A stretch of 64,000 nucleotides of DNA from Kondoa subrosea (taxonomy: Eukaryota): the NCBI GenBank assembly GCA_039545335.1, contig BCIN01000002.1, positions 3,143,564 through 3,207,563 of the forward strand. The letters are read 5' to 3'. Within the stretch, counting starts at the first letter, position 1. The number at the start of each line of letters is the position of its first letter. This document shows positions 27,212 to 41,685 of this stretch, in pieces. The notes under the pieces were generated by a model. The model had not been told where the DNA came from and did no database searches. It was given only the letters and a program-made list of their open reading frames with translations. A program made the translations under genes and the position numbers.

Positions 27212-27479
27212 AGAGAAGTAGCCTGGCTCAAGAGATGGTAGCGAGCAGGAAGAGATAGATTTCAAGTTTAAAGTTTAAGAAGAAGTCATCTGAAAAAGAC
27301 GGAAACAAAGGGAGATGGTAATCACATTCCAGATAGACAGCTCTGTATAGTCCACGGCTATCTGAATTCTCAAATCGACGAGGGAAAGACAAACGATCGG
27401 ACAAGTAAGAACATCATCAATGCGACAACAGGATAACATGGGTATACAGAAGCAGTACAAGTCAAGCAATTGAGCGCAT

Positions 27480-28053
27480 GTTCGAGCTTCAAGCTTCTTT
27501 GCCTGTTGCGTATAGACTCGTACTTCGTTCAGTAGAAAAGATTTGCGGCCCAAGAGAGTACTGTAGGCTCCGCCTTCTGCTCCAGCTGATTTCCGAAATT
27601 GTAAGATCCGATTGAATAGGCTGTTATAAGGGATCAGCGAAACTTCTACTCGCTGCACGGAAAAGACTGACGCAGTAAGCTGAGAGAATGAAACGTATGG
27701 TTGCTCCATGATCTGGCCGGGAAATCAGCATGAAGTTGGCAATCAACGAATGAATCTTGTGCCATGCGAAAATACCTTCTGACCAGAAATGAAGAGATCT
27801 CTCAATGTCTAAGCAATCATTCTGCATCAATTATAGACTTTTATAATCCTGATCCGAAGACTCTTACCTCAGCTAAAGTCTTCAGTTCAATTTCAACGCG
27901 TTTCCTCAGCTCTTCATTCAAGAACAGCTTCTTATTGATCTGGCCCAATTCGGTTTCCAGAGAGACATGTCGAGCGTTACATCGATTCAGAGCTACTTCC
28001 GCTGGCGAGACCTGGAACTGATTGGATTGATAATAAGCTTTTCGTGCGTTCAT
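27480..28053 (-). CDS. Small hypothetical coiled-coil protein; 3' exon structure ambiguous
   Basis: ORF MNARKAYY...ELKTLAE is followed by plausible GT-AG introns, but the downstream frame cannot be fixed. Confidence 0.35.
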
Positions 28054-28497
28054 TGATCAGCTCGAAGCAAGGAAGAGAAGGCTCGGTAAGTATAGAGGAG
28101 TCAAAGAGACAGAGAATATAGAAATGAGCAGAGAAGGCAAGCCAGCCTTGTAGCAGAAAAGGCGAGGCATATCCATGATTAATTCAAAAGCGCAATCGTA
28201 GGCGCCCTTTGTTCTCCAGCTAAAAGCAAGCACCTTGATATCTTATCACTTATGGTATCTCTCCATCCAATTGGAAGAGTCCAGCCATTGCTGCTCCTCG
28301 CAAGTTTCGTAGGTATCTGACAAGCACGACTAAAAGATTCTGAAACAAATAATCAAGCAGAGGCTAAGTAGAGCTTAGTGTTACGTTATCTCACTTCTTC
28401 AGAGGCATCAAATCAAACGAGAATTAATATGATCTTTGCAAATTGACGACGGTTCCGCATAACAACAACTAATCTAGCAGCAACCCAAGGCGGCAAT

Positions 28498-31013
28498 TTA
28501 CCAACCCTGCTTGGCCATGTCCATTTCACTGAGAGGGGACAATCCAATGAGAGCCCTGTGACGTGCGTTCAGCAATGCTCAAATATATACAAGACGCAGA
28601 AGTTTACCTGAGAGTGTGCTGAAGAGCATCACGTTGACGAGCCAAGCCATTGACGACCTCAGTACCACTATTGACAAGTGATCAGCTTCCTGAATATGTC
28701 AAAGCAGGAGAGACGCACGGCTTGACCAAAGGTGCTTTCAACATGTAAGACAAGAGCGAGATGATGCTGTACATTCCTTGGTGCTGACCATCTTCACGAG
28801 CGTAGGTGACACGAGTAAAGAGTTCAGCCAAGATAGCCAGATCGATGACTTAGAAAATAGTTAAGTCAGTTTGTCCTTCGAGTGAATATGCAGCAAACTC
28901 ACTTAGAGGAGTGGCAAGAAGACTGTCTTCGCAGACCTGTAGGAAAGGATTACACTCACTAAGCAACAAGCCGCCAATCATGTATCACCACCTACATTGA
29001 ACATGCTGATAGTAGATCGACCGCCCATCATGATCTCGGAAGTGTCTGTAAGTGTCAAAGATTGGTGAGACACAAATGTCATACAGGAGACTCATCACTC
29101 ACATTCATCAATAGCTCTCTTGGAATCACCAACAGCTGGAACGTATTTCTGTTCCTCAGAATCAGCATCTAACTCGTTTTGTCTGACAAATAACGCTACT
29201 AACGATAACAACAATCTACGACAAGCAATCAGATGCAGCTCTGGCGCTTGACAATGAAACACTCACATGATCAGGGTGCTCAGTAGTTCTAGCTTTCTCG
29301 CCCTTAGCAATAGCCTTCTCGTCGCCAGGAGCAGCAAGAGTAGGTTTGTAGAGCAAGTGATTAGCAGCGACCACTGTCAACCCATCAGCAATGAATACTA
29401 CGAAAAAGTAGACCAGGCTGTTGACTGACTATCATCAATAACGGAAGCTTTGCTAATTTCCTTGCTTCGGAACTGAGCTTGAGCATTCAAGTTCAAACCG
29501 TCGTTATTGCCTGTACGTCCGAAGATAGCTCATCAGTATTCTGATAAGTCAACCTGATCACAAACGCACCCAAATGATTGTAAGAAGCAACGGCCAAAGG
29601 TTTGATACCAGCATTGACCAAGAATTCAGCCAGAACGGATTTCATCTTTGTTTGACCAGATTTGAAATCATCACCACCAATGAAAGAGCGGTGTTGTTCT
29701 GCTAATTCAATGCAACCGGGAACGAAAGTGTTCTGAGGAGCACCGTCTACAAAGCACAATGAGCACAGAGCTACATGTCTATTAGGAAAAGAGACCTACT
29801 GATGAAGGGAACACCTTCAAGGATGGATGCAATAGCAAAAATGGTTGAGGGAGCGACTTCAGCATGAGAGTTCTCGACAGCAGCCATCAAGTTATCAGCA
29901 GTGTCGTTGATACCAGGAACGAGAGCGGCATAGCGTTCTGTGAAAGGGACAACCGGTTAAATCAGATACGAAGCTGATACGAGAATGTCCTTCTCACCGG
30001 TATTGGCAGTCCAGAGCACGATAACCTTATCCAAGCCGTTGGCAGACTTGAAGTCTCTGATATCCTTGCGAATTTGTTCGAGATGAGCCTTCTTGTCACT
30101 ACCAGGCAAAACGTTATCGGCTCTTTCTCCTTGATTGGCATCTGTACCATTTGAAGTCAGTATAATTTTTCAATATATTGGAAGCAAGTACGCACTGATA
30201 AAGTCTGGGTAGTAGACTGATGGAAGAGGGCGTAGGTCAGTCATGAAAGGAGCGACTTGACGCTGCAAATCGTAATCCATAACTTTGGCTCTCTTCATTG
30301 CTTGATCCAAGCTCATGGCAGAAATATCCCAACCACCAACAACGAAGTCCTGTCATGCACAAACCGATTCAGCTTCATGCCCAGCTATATCGCGCCTATG
30401 ACCGACATTGGGGTGAACCATAGGAACAATATCAGAGAAAGGAATGTTGACATCTTTTCCATTGGCATCTTGACCTAAACGCAAAGTGGAAGCTCTGACC
30501 AAAGAACCATAGTAGTTTGGAGTTTGAGGTCCTTCTTTGGTGTTCCAGTTAATGTTGCGTTGGTTGGCAATAATAGTAGCAGTGAGAGTGCTTCCGTTGT
30601 TGCCTCCCCATCCGACAAGCATAAGACTGTGAAACATATACCTCTATGAGCAAACATTTTGCACACAGACGAGACGCGGTCTCACCCAGTTTTTGGTACT
30701 TTGCGTTCGGTACGGAACTCATAAGTCATTTCTTTTGGAGTAACATTGTAAACGCCATTCTCAACCGAAACTTCAGTAGCGGTGTGAGTGTAGGTAGCGG
30801 TAATGTGTTCCTCCGAGTAAGACACATTGGGCGAATGAACTCGAACGCAATCTGGGTTGCGTTTAGCGCTCGTTGGGTCTACGATAGGAACAGCAGCTGA
30901 AGGAGCAGCAGCAGCAGTGCCGTCTAGCAACACAGATATCAGCTTAGATATGGCTATAGAGAGAGTGGTCGAGGGCGCGTACTAGATTGAGTGTAGTTGA
31001 TTGAAGGGGTCAT
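28498..31013 (-). CDS. INO1: Myo-inositol-1-phosphate synthase
   Basis: [25 protein letters not shown]-like [34 protein letters not shown] and CEDSLLATP. Confidence 0.97.
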
Positions 31014-31491
31014 ATTGGTTTGTTGAATTTAGAAGCAGAGTAATATTGCACCAGAAGCAGAAACTTTGCGACTGTACATACAAAAGCACGCGGCAGGAAA
31101 GTATCAGCTCGGTCCTCAAATAAGGGTGAAGTCGGATGTTGAGCATACCTGTAAGCGTTGTGACACTGCAAGCAGACAACATGCATCAGATGCTGCCATC
31201 GGTAGAGCCTCAATAGTCAATACTCACGCTGGATACTATAAGAGCCAAGCAAAGTCAGCCTTATCTCGGTCCGAGCGAATGTCAAATGTAAAGGGCTTAC
31301 AGTGTGTTGAGAACGTTTTGATCTACGAATGAGGACTAGGGATGCTAGTCCGTGTGAGATTTGAGAGGGTTGAAGTGAATCGGTTGGGAGCAAGAGAGGT
31401 TGAGAAAAAAAACACAAGTGTGCGATTTCGGAGCCGAAAGGAAATTTCTTGTTAGGCTTACCGACGACTCTGCAAGCTCGCTAGGCTTACG

Positions 31492-32414
31492 ATGTCTTCA
31501 CAGACTCATCCAGTAAGTCTTAGCTACATTCAGATGCATTCACTGAACTGATTTATTGAAATGTCCAGCTTGTCCGTTTCATCTCATGATATCCATTTTC
31601 CTGCTCAAGGTACTATAGACTGCACCTTTTATAATACCAGGATGTTGGCCAGGCTGTATGTCGTCAATCTCTCACAACTGAGTTGGCCTGATATTTGTGT
31701 ACAGCAACGGAAGAAGACAAAGTCACTTCAAGAGCTCTAGTCAAACAAGAACTGGCTTCATCCTTATTAATGGAACACTGTGCTTCTAAATCTATACTAT
31801 CAGGAGTAATGGGTGCAGGTTTAGGAGCTTTCTTTTCACTGATGCAAGCAAGTTTTCGTTATGAAGATCCTTTCTCTTCTCCTGTTATGAAGGAGATGAA
31901 GACGAGTCAGAAAGCTAGGGAAATGTTTAAAGATATGGGTAAAGGCATGTACAGAGGTGGAAGACAGTGGGGTTTGCTTGGGTTCTTGTTTGCTGGGATC
32001 GAATGCTGTATAGAGGGTGTGAGTTGTTCTTCCCTTTCCCGCAAAAGGTGTTCTCTAATCTCGTTCAATAAGTATCGAGCGAAACATGATGTTTGTCAGT
32101 CAATCTCTGAATTAATATCCATGCCGGGATTTATCTGTTTGAGTTGTGACAGATAATGTAATGAGTGGTGGCTTCATTACCGGTTGTCTGATAGCACGGC
32201 ACAACGGCATGAAGAGTGGGATATTATCAGGCCTCGGATTCGGCGCATTTGGCGCAGCGATAGATAAATTGGTCAGTCGGCTTTTCAGATTAGCATTTTG
32301 GAAATGCTAATTTGTTTGACCGTCGGACAGTGGGTCGAGAAAGAGCCTGTGAGTATGCTGCGTTGTATTAAAGACCTCAAAATTGACACATGGAGTTAGC
32401 CGGATGCCCCATAA
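31492..32414 (+). CDS. TIM22: Mitochondrial inner-membrane translocase subunit Tim22
   Basis: MEHCASKSILSGVMGAGLGAFFSLM...IECCIEG|YRAKHD and GFGAFGAAID. Confidence 0.92.
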
Positions 32415-32624
32415 AAGTCGCTGCAAAGTGAAAGCACCGGTTTACACATCGGAAGTCTTCAAAATGATCTGTCGCTAACATGTCTCAGCGCGATAACATC
32501 ATGTAAGCTATATCGTTTTCTCAGTCTATACTGCAATCTAAGGGCTCGACAGAACGTATACCATGCATTGATTACATTACATACACCTTTCTATAACAAA
32601 TATATGACATTAACGAACATTACT

Positions 32625-35600
32625 TTACACATCCTCTGCCTGCGCAACAGTAGTTTTCCTCCTCAACATCGCAATAGGAGCTGGTAATTCCCTTTCGTCA
32701 GCCGTACTGCTTCTAGAATCGCTTTCCTCTTCTTCAGCAGGAGGAGAAGTTTCTTGCGATTTTCTTCCTCCGTTATGCTTCGTTCCGCTCACTGCGTAAG
32801 ATTCGCCTACTAGGTTCTTGACTACGAAAATGAGCTTGTCGAGTCGGTTTAAGATCGATGTCAGAGAAGTTGAAGAGACTGCGAAAGCTTGATACTCCTT
32901 GGAACTAACGGTTGCTAGATCGCTATTATACACAATAAGATAAGACGAAGACATCTTAAGTCAAGAAAAACACGAACACATGACGAGGTAGTTCTGTATC
33001 TTCTTCCATAGTTATGGTAAAACCATACACGAAGAAGGACTGGAAGCCTCCAATTAGACTATGCAACCGTTAGATCATGCTTTTTCGAAATGTTGCATAG
33101 AACGTACGGGTTATAAAAGGTAGGTAAAGGTGTTCCAGAAGCCAAACTTGTGGACATTTGATGAAGAGCCGAGAAGATTTGTCCGAGGAAAACTTCATCG
33201 TCCAATCGAGATCGTTTGAGAAAAGCTTGCATCCAAGGTTCCGGCAATATGCTGATGGATTCTAGAAAGAGAGTAATCCAGTCTGCTAATTCGATCTGTA
33301 GTTCGAGCAAAGCTTCATATTCTGCTGTGGGCCTTTTTAGCTTTATTAGTACACATACGGAGGTTAATGATACACAGCACTGACCAATCACCACGAAAGG
33401 CAACTTCGAACTTGATATATTTCATGTGCGCTCGAGTTGCTCGAAGTTTGCCTCGAATCGAAAACAGATTTGATAAGATGTGTCGCGGTGCCACTGCAGC
33501 TCCTTGCTTCGAATTTGCATAGCTGAAGACATCGCACAGACTCCAGCCAAGCTCGTGAATCGTTCGAGAATAGACTTCACGCAAGTAGCCCTTCTGAGTA
33601 GATCTAGGCGGAATGTAGGACTGAGAAAATTTGTTAGCAAGTTCACGGTTCGAATAGAGTGAGTAATACCCAAAGGAAAGATGCGGAAAGACCCAAAGCC
33701 CTTTAAAGTAAAGCTCAGTAGAGTTCGAGGGAAACAGGGAGACCTGACGCACGTTGTAACGAATCGAATACTGGGGAAAGTCAGTAGAGTACGATCAGTC
33801 AAAGATCATGACTGACTAAGCAACGCGAAAGCCTGAGCCGATATTGCCAAAGGAATCGTTTCGTCTATTTGCTGCGTTTAGTCTGTAATCATGCCAAATA
33901 TATTCACGCACTTATTCTGATAGCTATAGCCGATGACAAGACCAGCTGTAGACTGCTTGAATTTCAGCACTTGCTAAATGATGCACTGGAGAGACGTACA
34001 AGGGAAATCACGCTCATGCTGTGCTCGCATCAGCTAAGGAAACAAAAACTTCAATATACACTTACATTTGTTGCGGATAGAATATACTGAAGAAAGCTCC
34101 AGGGAAGAAGGCGACAACACAAATGGCGGCGAGGCCATATGGATTACCTCGACTGATTTCCCAGACCGCCAAGCCCAAGCAAGCTCCAAGAAGTGTACCT
34201 AGCAACCTCATCGAGAAACCATGTGTCGCTATCAGTTCGATCAGAACAAGTCTAGTAGAAATACAACGTTGACGCACTATCACCTAAGAATCTGACCAGC
34301 GTGAAAGCTGCTAGAATTGGGGCCCAAACTGCCTTATAGCGATAGTATCGAAGTGCAAAGCTGGGGAGAACAGAGGGAAAGAGCAACAATGCAACAAGCA
34401 ATCCACCTTTAAGACCGAAAAGAATAGCCGGTCTGGTGATTTGAAGTGAAGCTGTATGAAAGAAAAGACCGGCACTCTGAGCCATTGATTTTGGTGGATG
34501 TGCATCTGGATCTCGAGCCTTTTGTCGACGCCGAATAGAATGCAAGCCGGTAATTTGACCTGGATCAACATCGGCTTGATCATCATCATTGTCTTCAGCA
34601 GGTGCGGAAGAAGCTAAGAACATCTGCTTGAAGGAAGGAATCCATAATCGCCTTCTTTTGCGCTTATACTCGAGCCGGACAGTATCGGTGAGCAGTGATA
34701 AAACGCAGATTGCGAATTGCTGTAGGCAGAATTGAAAGAGGAAAGCCCAATAGAGACCTCGGTGAGAAGGTCGCAGCTTGTCTTCTTTTTCTTCCGAAAG
34801 AGGTTCGAAGAGGAAAGCGAAGGGAAGAATGACTTTTTGTCGTTCTTCTTCGTCGTATTGATGCAGGACTTGTTCTAGCTTGTAGATCATTTTCTGTTGT
34901 CTCTTTCAGCTTCATAACAAGATGCATCAGTAGCTAGACTCACTGCACCAGATTCGCGTAGCTCCTCTCTGCCTTTGGCTTTCTTGAAGAAGCTTTGCCT
35001 TTGTAATGCCACCAATGCAAGTAGAATATGATCAATAGCACCACAGCAGGCATCAATCAATTCAGCCGAAGTAGCTTCAAGCAGTTTGATCAATTCTTTG
35101 ATGTGAGCTTCATCCGCTTGATGGGCTGCCAAATGCTCCAGTTCGGAATATTTACTAGCCATAAACAGACCAACTGGTGTCAAAGCTTGTTTAGGTGTAT
35201 AAGAACCGAAATAGTTGCTGCTTCCCGTTCGTTCTCTTCGATGAGCAAAAAGGCTATCGAAATGAGCATGACGGCTATTCGAGCGAGAATCATCTTCATG
35301 TCTACTTATAGGTCGAGACATTGATTCGTTATAGGTATGACGGGTTTCTGTTCTGGCAAAAAAAGACCTTCGGCTTCTATGCGTTGCTCCGCCAACTCGT
35401 ATATTCAGTTGAGAAGTGAGAGGATCTAACGAGGTTTCAGTTCCATCTTCTCTACAGACATGGCGAAGAACCAAATGATGAAATTTGATAAACCCCGAGG
35501 CTCTCGCAGCCAGACGTTGAGTTGTTCTTAAAATTTGCTTCGAATCCCTTCCGCTAAGTCTTCGCACAGACACTTCTCTAGACAGAAGGTGCTGAGTTTT

Positions 35601-36509
35601 GCTCAAAGAAATGACTGCAGCGCTTGTTGCCCTTAATTCTGTTTTTAGCGCTACAAACTTCTTCCACTCCGGCGAAGCTGGATCAGTAGCCAAAACTTCC
35701 TTTTGCTTCTGCGCCAGGAATTTCAGAGGTCGCAAGACTGCTATGAGTTGATTGATGAAGCGATGATTGAGTGTTTCAGGAAAAATAAAAAGTGTGCATG
35801 CGAGATTGATGAGCATTTGAAATGCAAAAGGAACGAAAAAGATTAGTCCATAGTCGTATCTTGGATAAGGATGATATGGAATAGCCGAAAGTGTGACCAA
35901 GAGGAAGAGGATCACATTGATTATAGCTGCGCTGTGTATAGTTGGGCTCATATGGGTGCGCAGCCAGAAGAGAAATGCCATGCCTGTGCTAGTGAGAGCT
36001 ACCAGACAGATAGATGAGCTTGTTTCGAGATAATTGCCTGAATAGACCTCTTGATTGATCGCGTAAGGTGTTGTGATACCTCGACTTGCTAATTGAGCTA
36101 AGAATTCCGATTTTGACACACGATATTGACTTCGCGAAAGCCAAGTAACTCTGACAGTGAATGCAATCCATGCCCATGCGAAAGCTGTGAAGATGAATGC
36201 AACCAAAGTCTTCTCGCATTGCAGAGCTATTGGCTCGAGAGGCGGATTCAGAAAGGCGATAATGAGAGTCAGGTAGGAAGCATAGCCAGTGTAAGACCGA
36301 GAGGTGTCCACGAGAAGAAGCAGAAGACCGAGCCATGCAGCCAAAGCGACTCTTGCTGTGATCTTCAAATCTCGCTTGTTCAGATGTGGACCGATCCATG
36401 CCAGATAATGCTTGTGGAAAGAATTATAGTATCCTATAAGCCTGCTCTTGATGTTCTTCTGCCTGTCCTGCGACTCTTGCCCACCATCTGACTTTTCGAG
36501 TTTGGTCAT
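32625..36509 (-). CDS. Aromatic acid exporter / FUSC-like multi-pass membrane protein (ArAE_2 / Bre4-like)
   Basis: Two TM clusters, NLACTLFIFPETLNH, RRRLWIP, RDPDAHPP, GFSMRLLGTLLG and GNPYGL. Confidence 0.8.
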
Positions 36510-37381
36510 AATAACGCGCTCTTGCTCAATCAACGACTGGCACAGGATATTCCCAGCACAAGCATCGGCATGGTATAAGTCCTTTCACTGCTTCGTCAGC
36601 TCGTAGTCCGGGCATACACAGGTCGCTCGTTTCAAAGCAAGAAAATGCAAGCATCGAGAATGTTTCAGTCTGTCTCCTCTCTCCGCTACAATGTCTTCGC
36701 ACAAATGATCATCTTAAGACTTACTCGTAATACTATTGCGTCATTTGGATTGATTTGGTGTCTGGTGCTTTCCTTGACTTTGCGCGCGATTGCAAATACC
36801 GCTATGTATGTCTGGGCTCAGCCATTTCATGATTGGATAAAGCCAGCTTCTTCTTCCTCTTGCTCTTCTCTTTCTTCATCATCTTCTTCGCTTCAGTGCG
36901 TGGCTTGAGAACAGTCTGCCTAGACGGTAAATAGCTGGACAGTTTTCTAAGGCTTGCCTTTGCCGGACTTCGAGAGTTGCCTGACCGAACATCAGTGCAT
37001 GCCTTGAATGCGGAAGGAGATGAATTCGTGTCTTTTGACTTCGCGACGTGGTTGAGCCTTGCTAGCGTGGTTAGTTTTCAAGTTAACCAGTCAGTAAAGT
37101 GCACAACTCTTCGCCTTTTGCTCTATACTCTTAGACGGAAGTTCAAGTACACGTTTTGGGACAAAGGAAAGCGCCATTTTTGAACGACGCTGATCGATGT
37201 CTCTTCGCTTTAAATGTCGAACGGTCGAGCCTTTCCAGCTGCAGATAAATGAGCAGAACATACTTGTATGAATAACAGAGCATCTCAATGCAACAATGCC
37301 TACTACACAATGATGCTTAACAAACAATGCGCCAATAAATATGCCCAGAAAAATGTGATATCCTCTCTCCCTTCCTTGCTT

Positions 37382-39265
37382 TTAAACTCTGATAGATCCT
37401 TTCTCTCTTTCTCTTCTCCAGCGCTTCAATCTCTTCCGTACAAATTCCATAAAGGCATCTTCATTCTCAACAACGTAACTTCCACTGAGTGAATTCATGA
37501 TGCTTTCGAAATCAGCCTTCGGATGTTGTATGTACCCTACAAGATCTATTAGTAGCTCTCTCTCGCTAGTTATGAATGCCGACTTACCTCTCAGACCCCA
37601 TAGAATGGCCAAAGCGACAATGACAAGCAATTCAGTCCCTTCCAACAAATAGGCATCCCATATCCTCAATTGCGTACTGAACTCAAATGTCGAGGAAGTA
37701 TATAAAGTAATGTACCATTTGGTAGCATAAGATGAAGGGTGTATAAGATGATGATTCTATTGCCATTTGCATTAGCATTAGTCCAAATCTTCTGGAGAAA
37801 GTAAGAGATGGACTGACTAATATTTTAGCTACGTTAGGCATCCAAAGTTGACACAATATTTCTTGAGCTTCAAAACAAACTTGAAGTCCTGGAAACCCAT
37901 TTCGAAGAATATGATGTAGATTGAATTTATTTCTTGGATCACCTAATCGCATGACTGCTTGTTTTTCAGGTTGGACTGATCCATTTTGGGTTGAAGAAGG
38001 GGAGGAGGAAGGCGAGCCATGCATTGCTTGCATGAGAGATCGAGCGCCATAAGCTACGCAAACACTAGCTATTCCTGCCATTCCTTGACAATAACCGCAC
38101 TCGTCGCCTGTAGCTTTGGTAAGCAATAAAGTCACAGTAAGCCACGAGAGGACCAACAAGTTCCGCTGAGCTCGTGCAGGACATCAAAGAGCATTCGTTG
38201 ACCTTTCCCATACCGAGTAACGAAAAGAGTATGAGTCGGTTGAGTTCTAGGTATATCCAGATCGATCTGGGTGTCGTGAGCTAGAAGTATATCAGATGGG
38301 CATCAGATGAGAACGGAAAAGCATACATGTCGGTCTACTACGACTGTCGAAGCTATATGTCGACGATCTTGATATGCCTAGAAGAGACATCAACTTCAGA
38401 TGCGCGAGACAATAACAGGTTACGAACCTTCTACAAATTCGACTGTCTCAAATTGAGGCGACATAGAAACTAGGGCAGGCCAGACAGCAGGTCGCCAACG
38501 ATCAGGTATGCCTTTATATATTCGTTTGCGCAACTGTCCATCCGCAAGAATTGTGAGCCCATAATAGAGCACAGAGACCTTAGGACAGACCTTATTTTTT
38601 CCTGCTGTAGAAGACAGCGTCTCCGTCCGTATTGACCAATCTGTTCCGCTGGCAGCTTTAGGTTTGTCCAGCATATCCAACCACTTCTCTATCCTACTAT
38701 TTTCCTTGGATAGCTCTTCAGGTGTAGGAGAATGCGCATGCCGCATGGGAGTATAAACAGGTTTAGGTGAAGGTAATTTTGAAGTCGACGCTTCTTTTGA
38801 CGAAGAAGTATAAGAGTCACTCTTCAACAAAGCAGATCTTCTATCCGAATTACTGGATTCGTTTAATCTCTTGACAGGTTGAATAAAGAATCCATATCGA
38901 TCCGTTTCCTTTACTTCTTCTTCCTGAAATCTTGATGATTGATTGACAGACCAAGATCTTTTAGCAGCAGGACCAAATCTCGCTTCATCCAACCTTTCTT
39001 CCCAATCTTGTTTCTGACCAATTGAAGCAAAACAAGCTTGAGCTCTTCCATCTCTAGTTAATTCCACTCCTTCAATTACACCATCTCCATATACTCCGCC
39101 TACTTTATCCAACAAAGAATACACATGAAAGATCTGAGCGGCTTCATCCACCGAAGGACAAACGAAAGATTCGGTTGAAGTGGAAGCGCTGGGACTGAAT
39201 TGCGGTAAGGGTGGTGAGAGGTATTGTTTGGGTTGGGTAACTTCTCTGCTGGATCGTTTGTTCAT
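37382..39265 (-). CDS. TBC-domain Rab GTPase-activating protein
   Basis: DRYGF, RKRIYKGIPDRWRPAVW, QIDLDIPRT (Arg finger), GYCQGM (Gln finger) and RIWDAYLLEG. Confidence 0.93.
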
Positions 39266-39699
39266 GAGCTATGTAATAGCTGTTACTGCCTGTATTCCTC
39301 GAAGCAAGTGGCAGAAACTCGCGCTCCGACCAAGATGCGAACTTCCACTGAAATCAGGGCAGCGGATCAAATGCTACTATGCCAGACTGGTGGAGTAGGT
39401 AACGATGATACTCTGTAGGAGGCCTTGGACTAGCAGACTTGACGTGGACAGATGTCTGTTTGTATTTCCGTCGATTGTTTGAATGAGTGACTGCAAAGGC
39501 GGAGAAAGCCTAGCCAAGCGAATGTCCAAGAGAGAGAGCGCCGAAGGGACAAGCAAGCCTGCAGAGAACCAGGACGAGCAGGCACAGAAGGAAACTTATG
39601 AACAGTTTGAAGGCAAGCCCTGATGTTTCGATCAGCTCAACACAGCAAGGTCAGGTAGTCAATCCGAATTCTCTATTCTACATTTGTTTATTCTGTATC

Positions 39700-41238
39700 T
39701 TACAGCATTCCGATCATACGGTTTGAGCTACTCGATCGTCGTCTCTTGCAATCTTCAAAGCTTGCAAAGGAGCTTGAGGTACTTCGACAAACTCTTCCTT
39801 CTTCTCGCTTGCTGTGGGTCCATTGATCGCCTGAGAACCTCTTGATCTGTTCTCCAACCAAGGTCCTGCACCGTTCATACAGTTCTTGCAAGTACATTTG
39901 CCGCCAGATAAAAAGGGCGGCAAATTCTCAGCTTCAATATCTCTCAAAAGAACGGATTCGTAGTCGCTGCCAAGAATATCAATCTTCTCTTGAGTTTCTT
40001 TCGCTAGCCAATGTTTGACGACCTAAAAAAACATAATCAACGGTGGGTCAGGAATGCTTGAATCTACTCACTTTCCATACCACTCCAAAAGCAGAAGGTG
40101 CATTAATAATTCGTAAGCGGCCCATAGTCTCCGCTAAATATCATTCATCAGATCAACAATGATAAAGATCGAAGATGGATGCACGATAATAATCTTGCGA
40201 AATTTGGAACGAATTCTTTGCCAACTCTTTCATCTGACTAAATTGACTGATCGAGAATCCCTTGAGCTGAATAGCAAATCCATCAGATAAGACAAACATC
40301 CTGAACACTGCTCTGAACTCACATCCACTATACAATAAGCGCCTGAGATATTGTCGTTCCCTGATGCCTTCCGGCAAGCTGGTAAGACTTCTCGAGTAAG
40401 GCATTCGCAGTTGACTAGAACAGTTTGCCTTCATCGAAACCTCAGCTTTGTAATTACTGTTTGTCGCATATGCTTACCACTGTGAGTTGCATCAATCACC
40501 TGAATCAGCAATCTGAAATCCGGTTCGCCCCACTCACGTGATAATCTGGATCTGTGACTTTGTACAGCTTTTCCACGTCGACTGAGAGACAAAATCAATT
40601 ATTGATCTGCAGAGCGAGATCAGCACTTACTATTGCCAAGCCGTTGTATGTTGACTGGTCTCCCCAGCTATCACATCAATGAGACCTTCGCAAGCTAAGG
40701 ATGTGAGGATAAACCACTTTATCTGTTTTATGACTGCACACTCTTTTTCAGTGAAGTCGCGCTGAAGTCTATTCGAAGACATACAAGAACATAGGCCTGA
40801 CATCGCATAAGCGATCGCGGTGACTCAAAAAGCTATGGGCTTACCAATACTGAGCAATTTCCTCCTTCTTATCGAAGTAGAATGGGTCTATGGTATCATA
40901 GAGTTGATCCATAGATTTGCCTTTGTTAACATTCTTCCTCCCTGATCAACGCAGTCAGTATCTTTCATCTTATACCATACAAAGAAGTCACAAGCTATAC
41001 AGTCCGCCAACATATTCTTAGATTTCTTAATGTCCTAGTCTCAGATATTCAGCTCTGCGTTGTAGCGGGCAGAGCAGGATAGACGTACCCAATTTCTAGC
41101 TCTCAAGAATCTCACAAGCGTTCGATCTACTCCTTCACTAGCTACACTATCCCCTTGTACCAATAACCCAGATTTCTCGCATACTTGACGGAAAGTGAGG
41201 AGTTTCTCTTGTTGTGCTGCTGTGAGTTGACGATCCAT
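39700..41238 (-). CDS. Sec14/CRAL-TRIO lipid-transfer protein
   Basis: TLVRFLRARNW, HKTDKLGRPV, DLKG, QDYYPETMG, IINAP, KIDILG and IEAENLPPFLSGG. Confidence 0.92.
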
Positions 41239-41685
41239 AGTCTTGAGATGATGGGTGGTAGAGTAAAGAAGAGCGATAAGTAAGCAAAGGCAAGGGATTA
41301 AGGTCGGCCGATTGCTGACGCTTGCTTGTCGGAAACCACGAGACTTGCAAGGGAGTAGAGCAGGCTCGTGTGGATATGAAGATACTAGAAGCTATAGAGA
41401 TAGCCAATCTCTTGCTTGTCGGTGAACAAAGGGCTTTGTTTCGACCATATTTCGCTGGATGTCGAGCTTGCCATGTTTGCTCCCCCACGTTCTGTCCTAG
41501 CATGTCTGTTTCTGTCGCTTGTTGACTCTTGGTGTTTCTCCTCTTCCTTCAAGCAAAGCACAAGTCGTATTGGGCCAGTTCTTATGAATCGGGTGCTGAC
41601 TTCCTTCGTTTTTATTGAGCACTCTCAGGATTCTCCCTCCTTCATATCACTCCCAATATAGACTTGGAACACCTTTGTCAAGGGA

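Noticed and set aside
34887..34945. Apparent frameshift between the two large ArAE/FUSC ORFs
   Set aside because: It is resolved by an ordinary GTGAGT...CAG intron.
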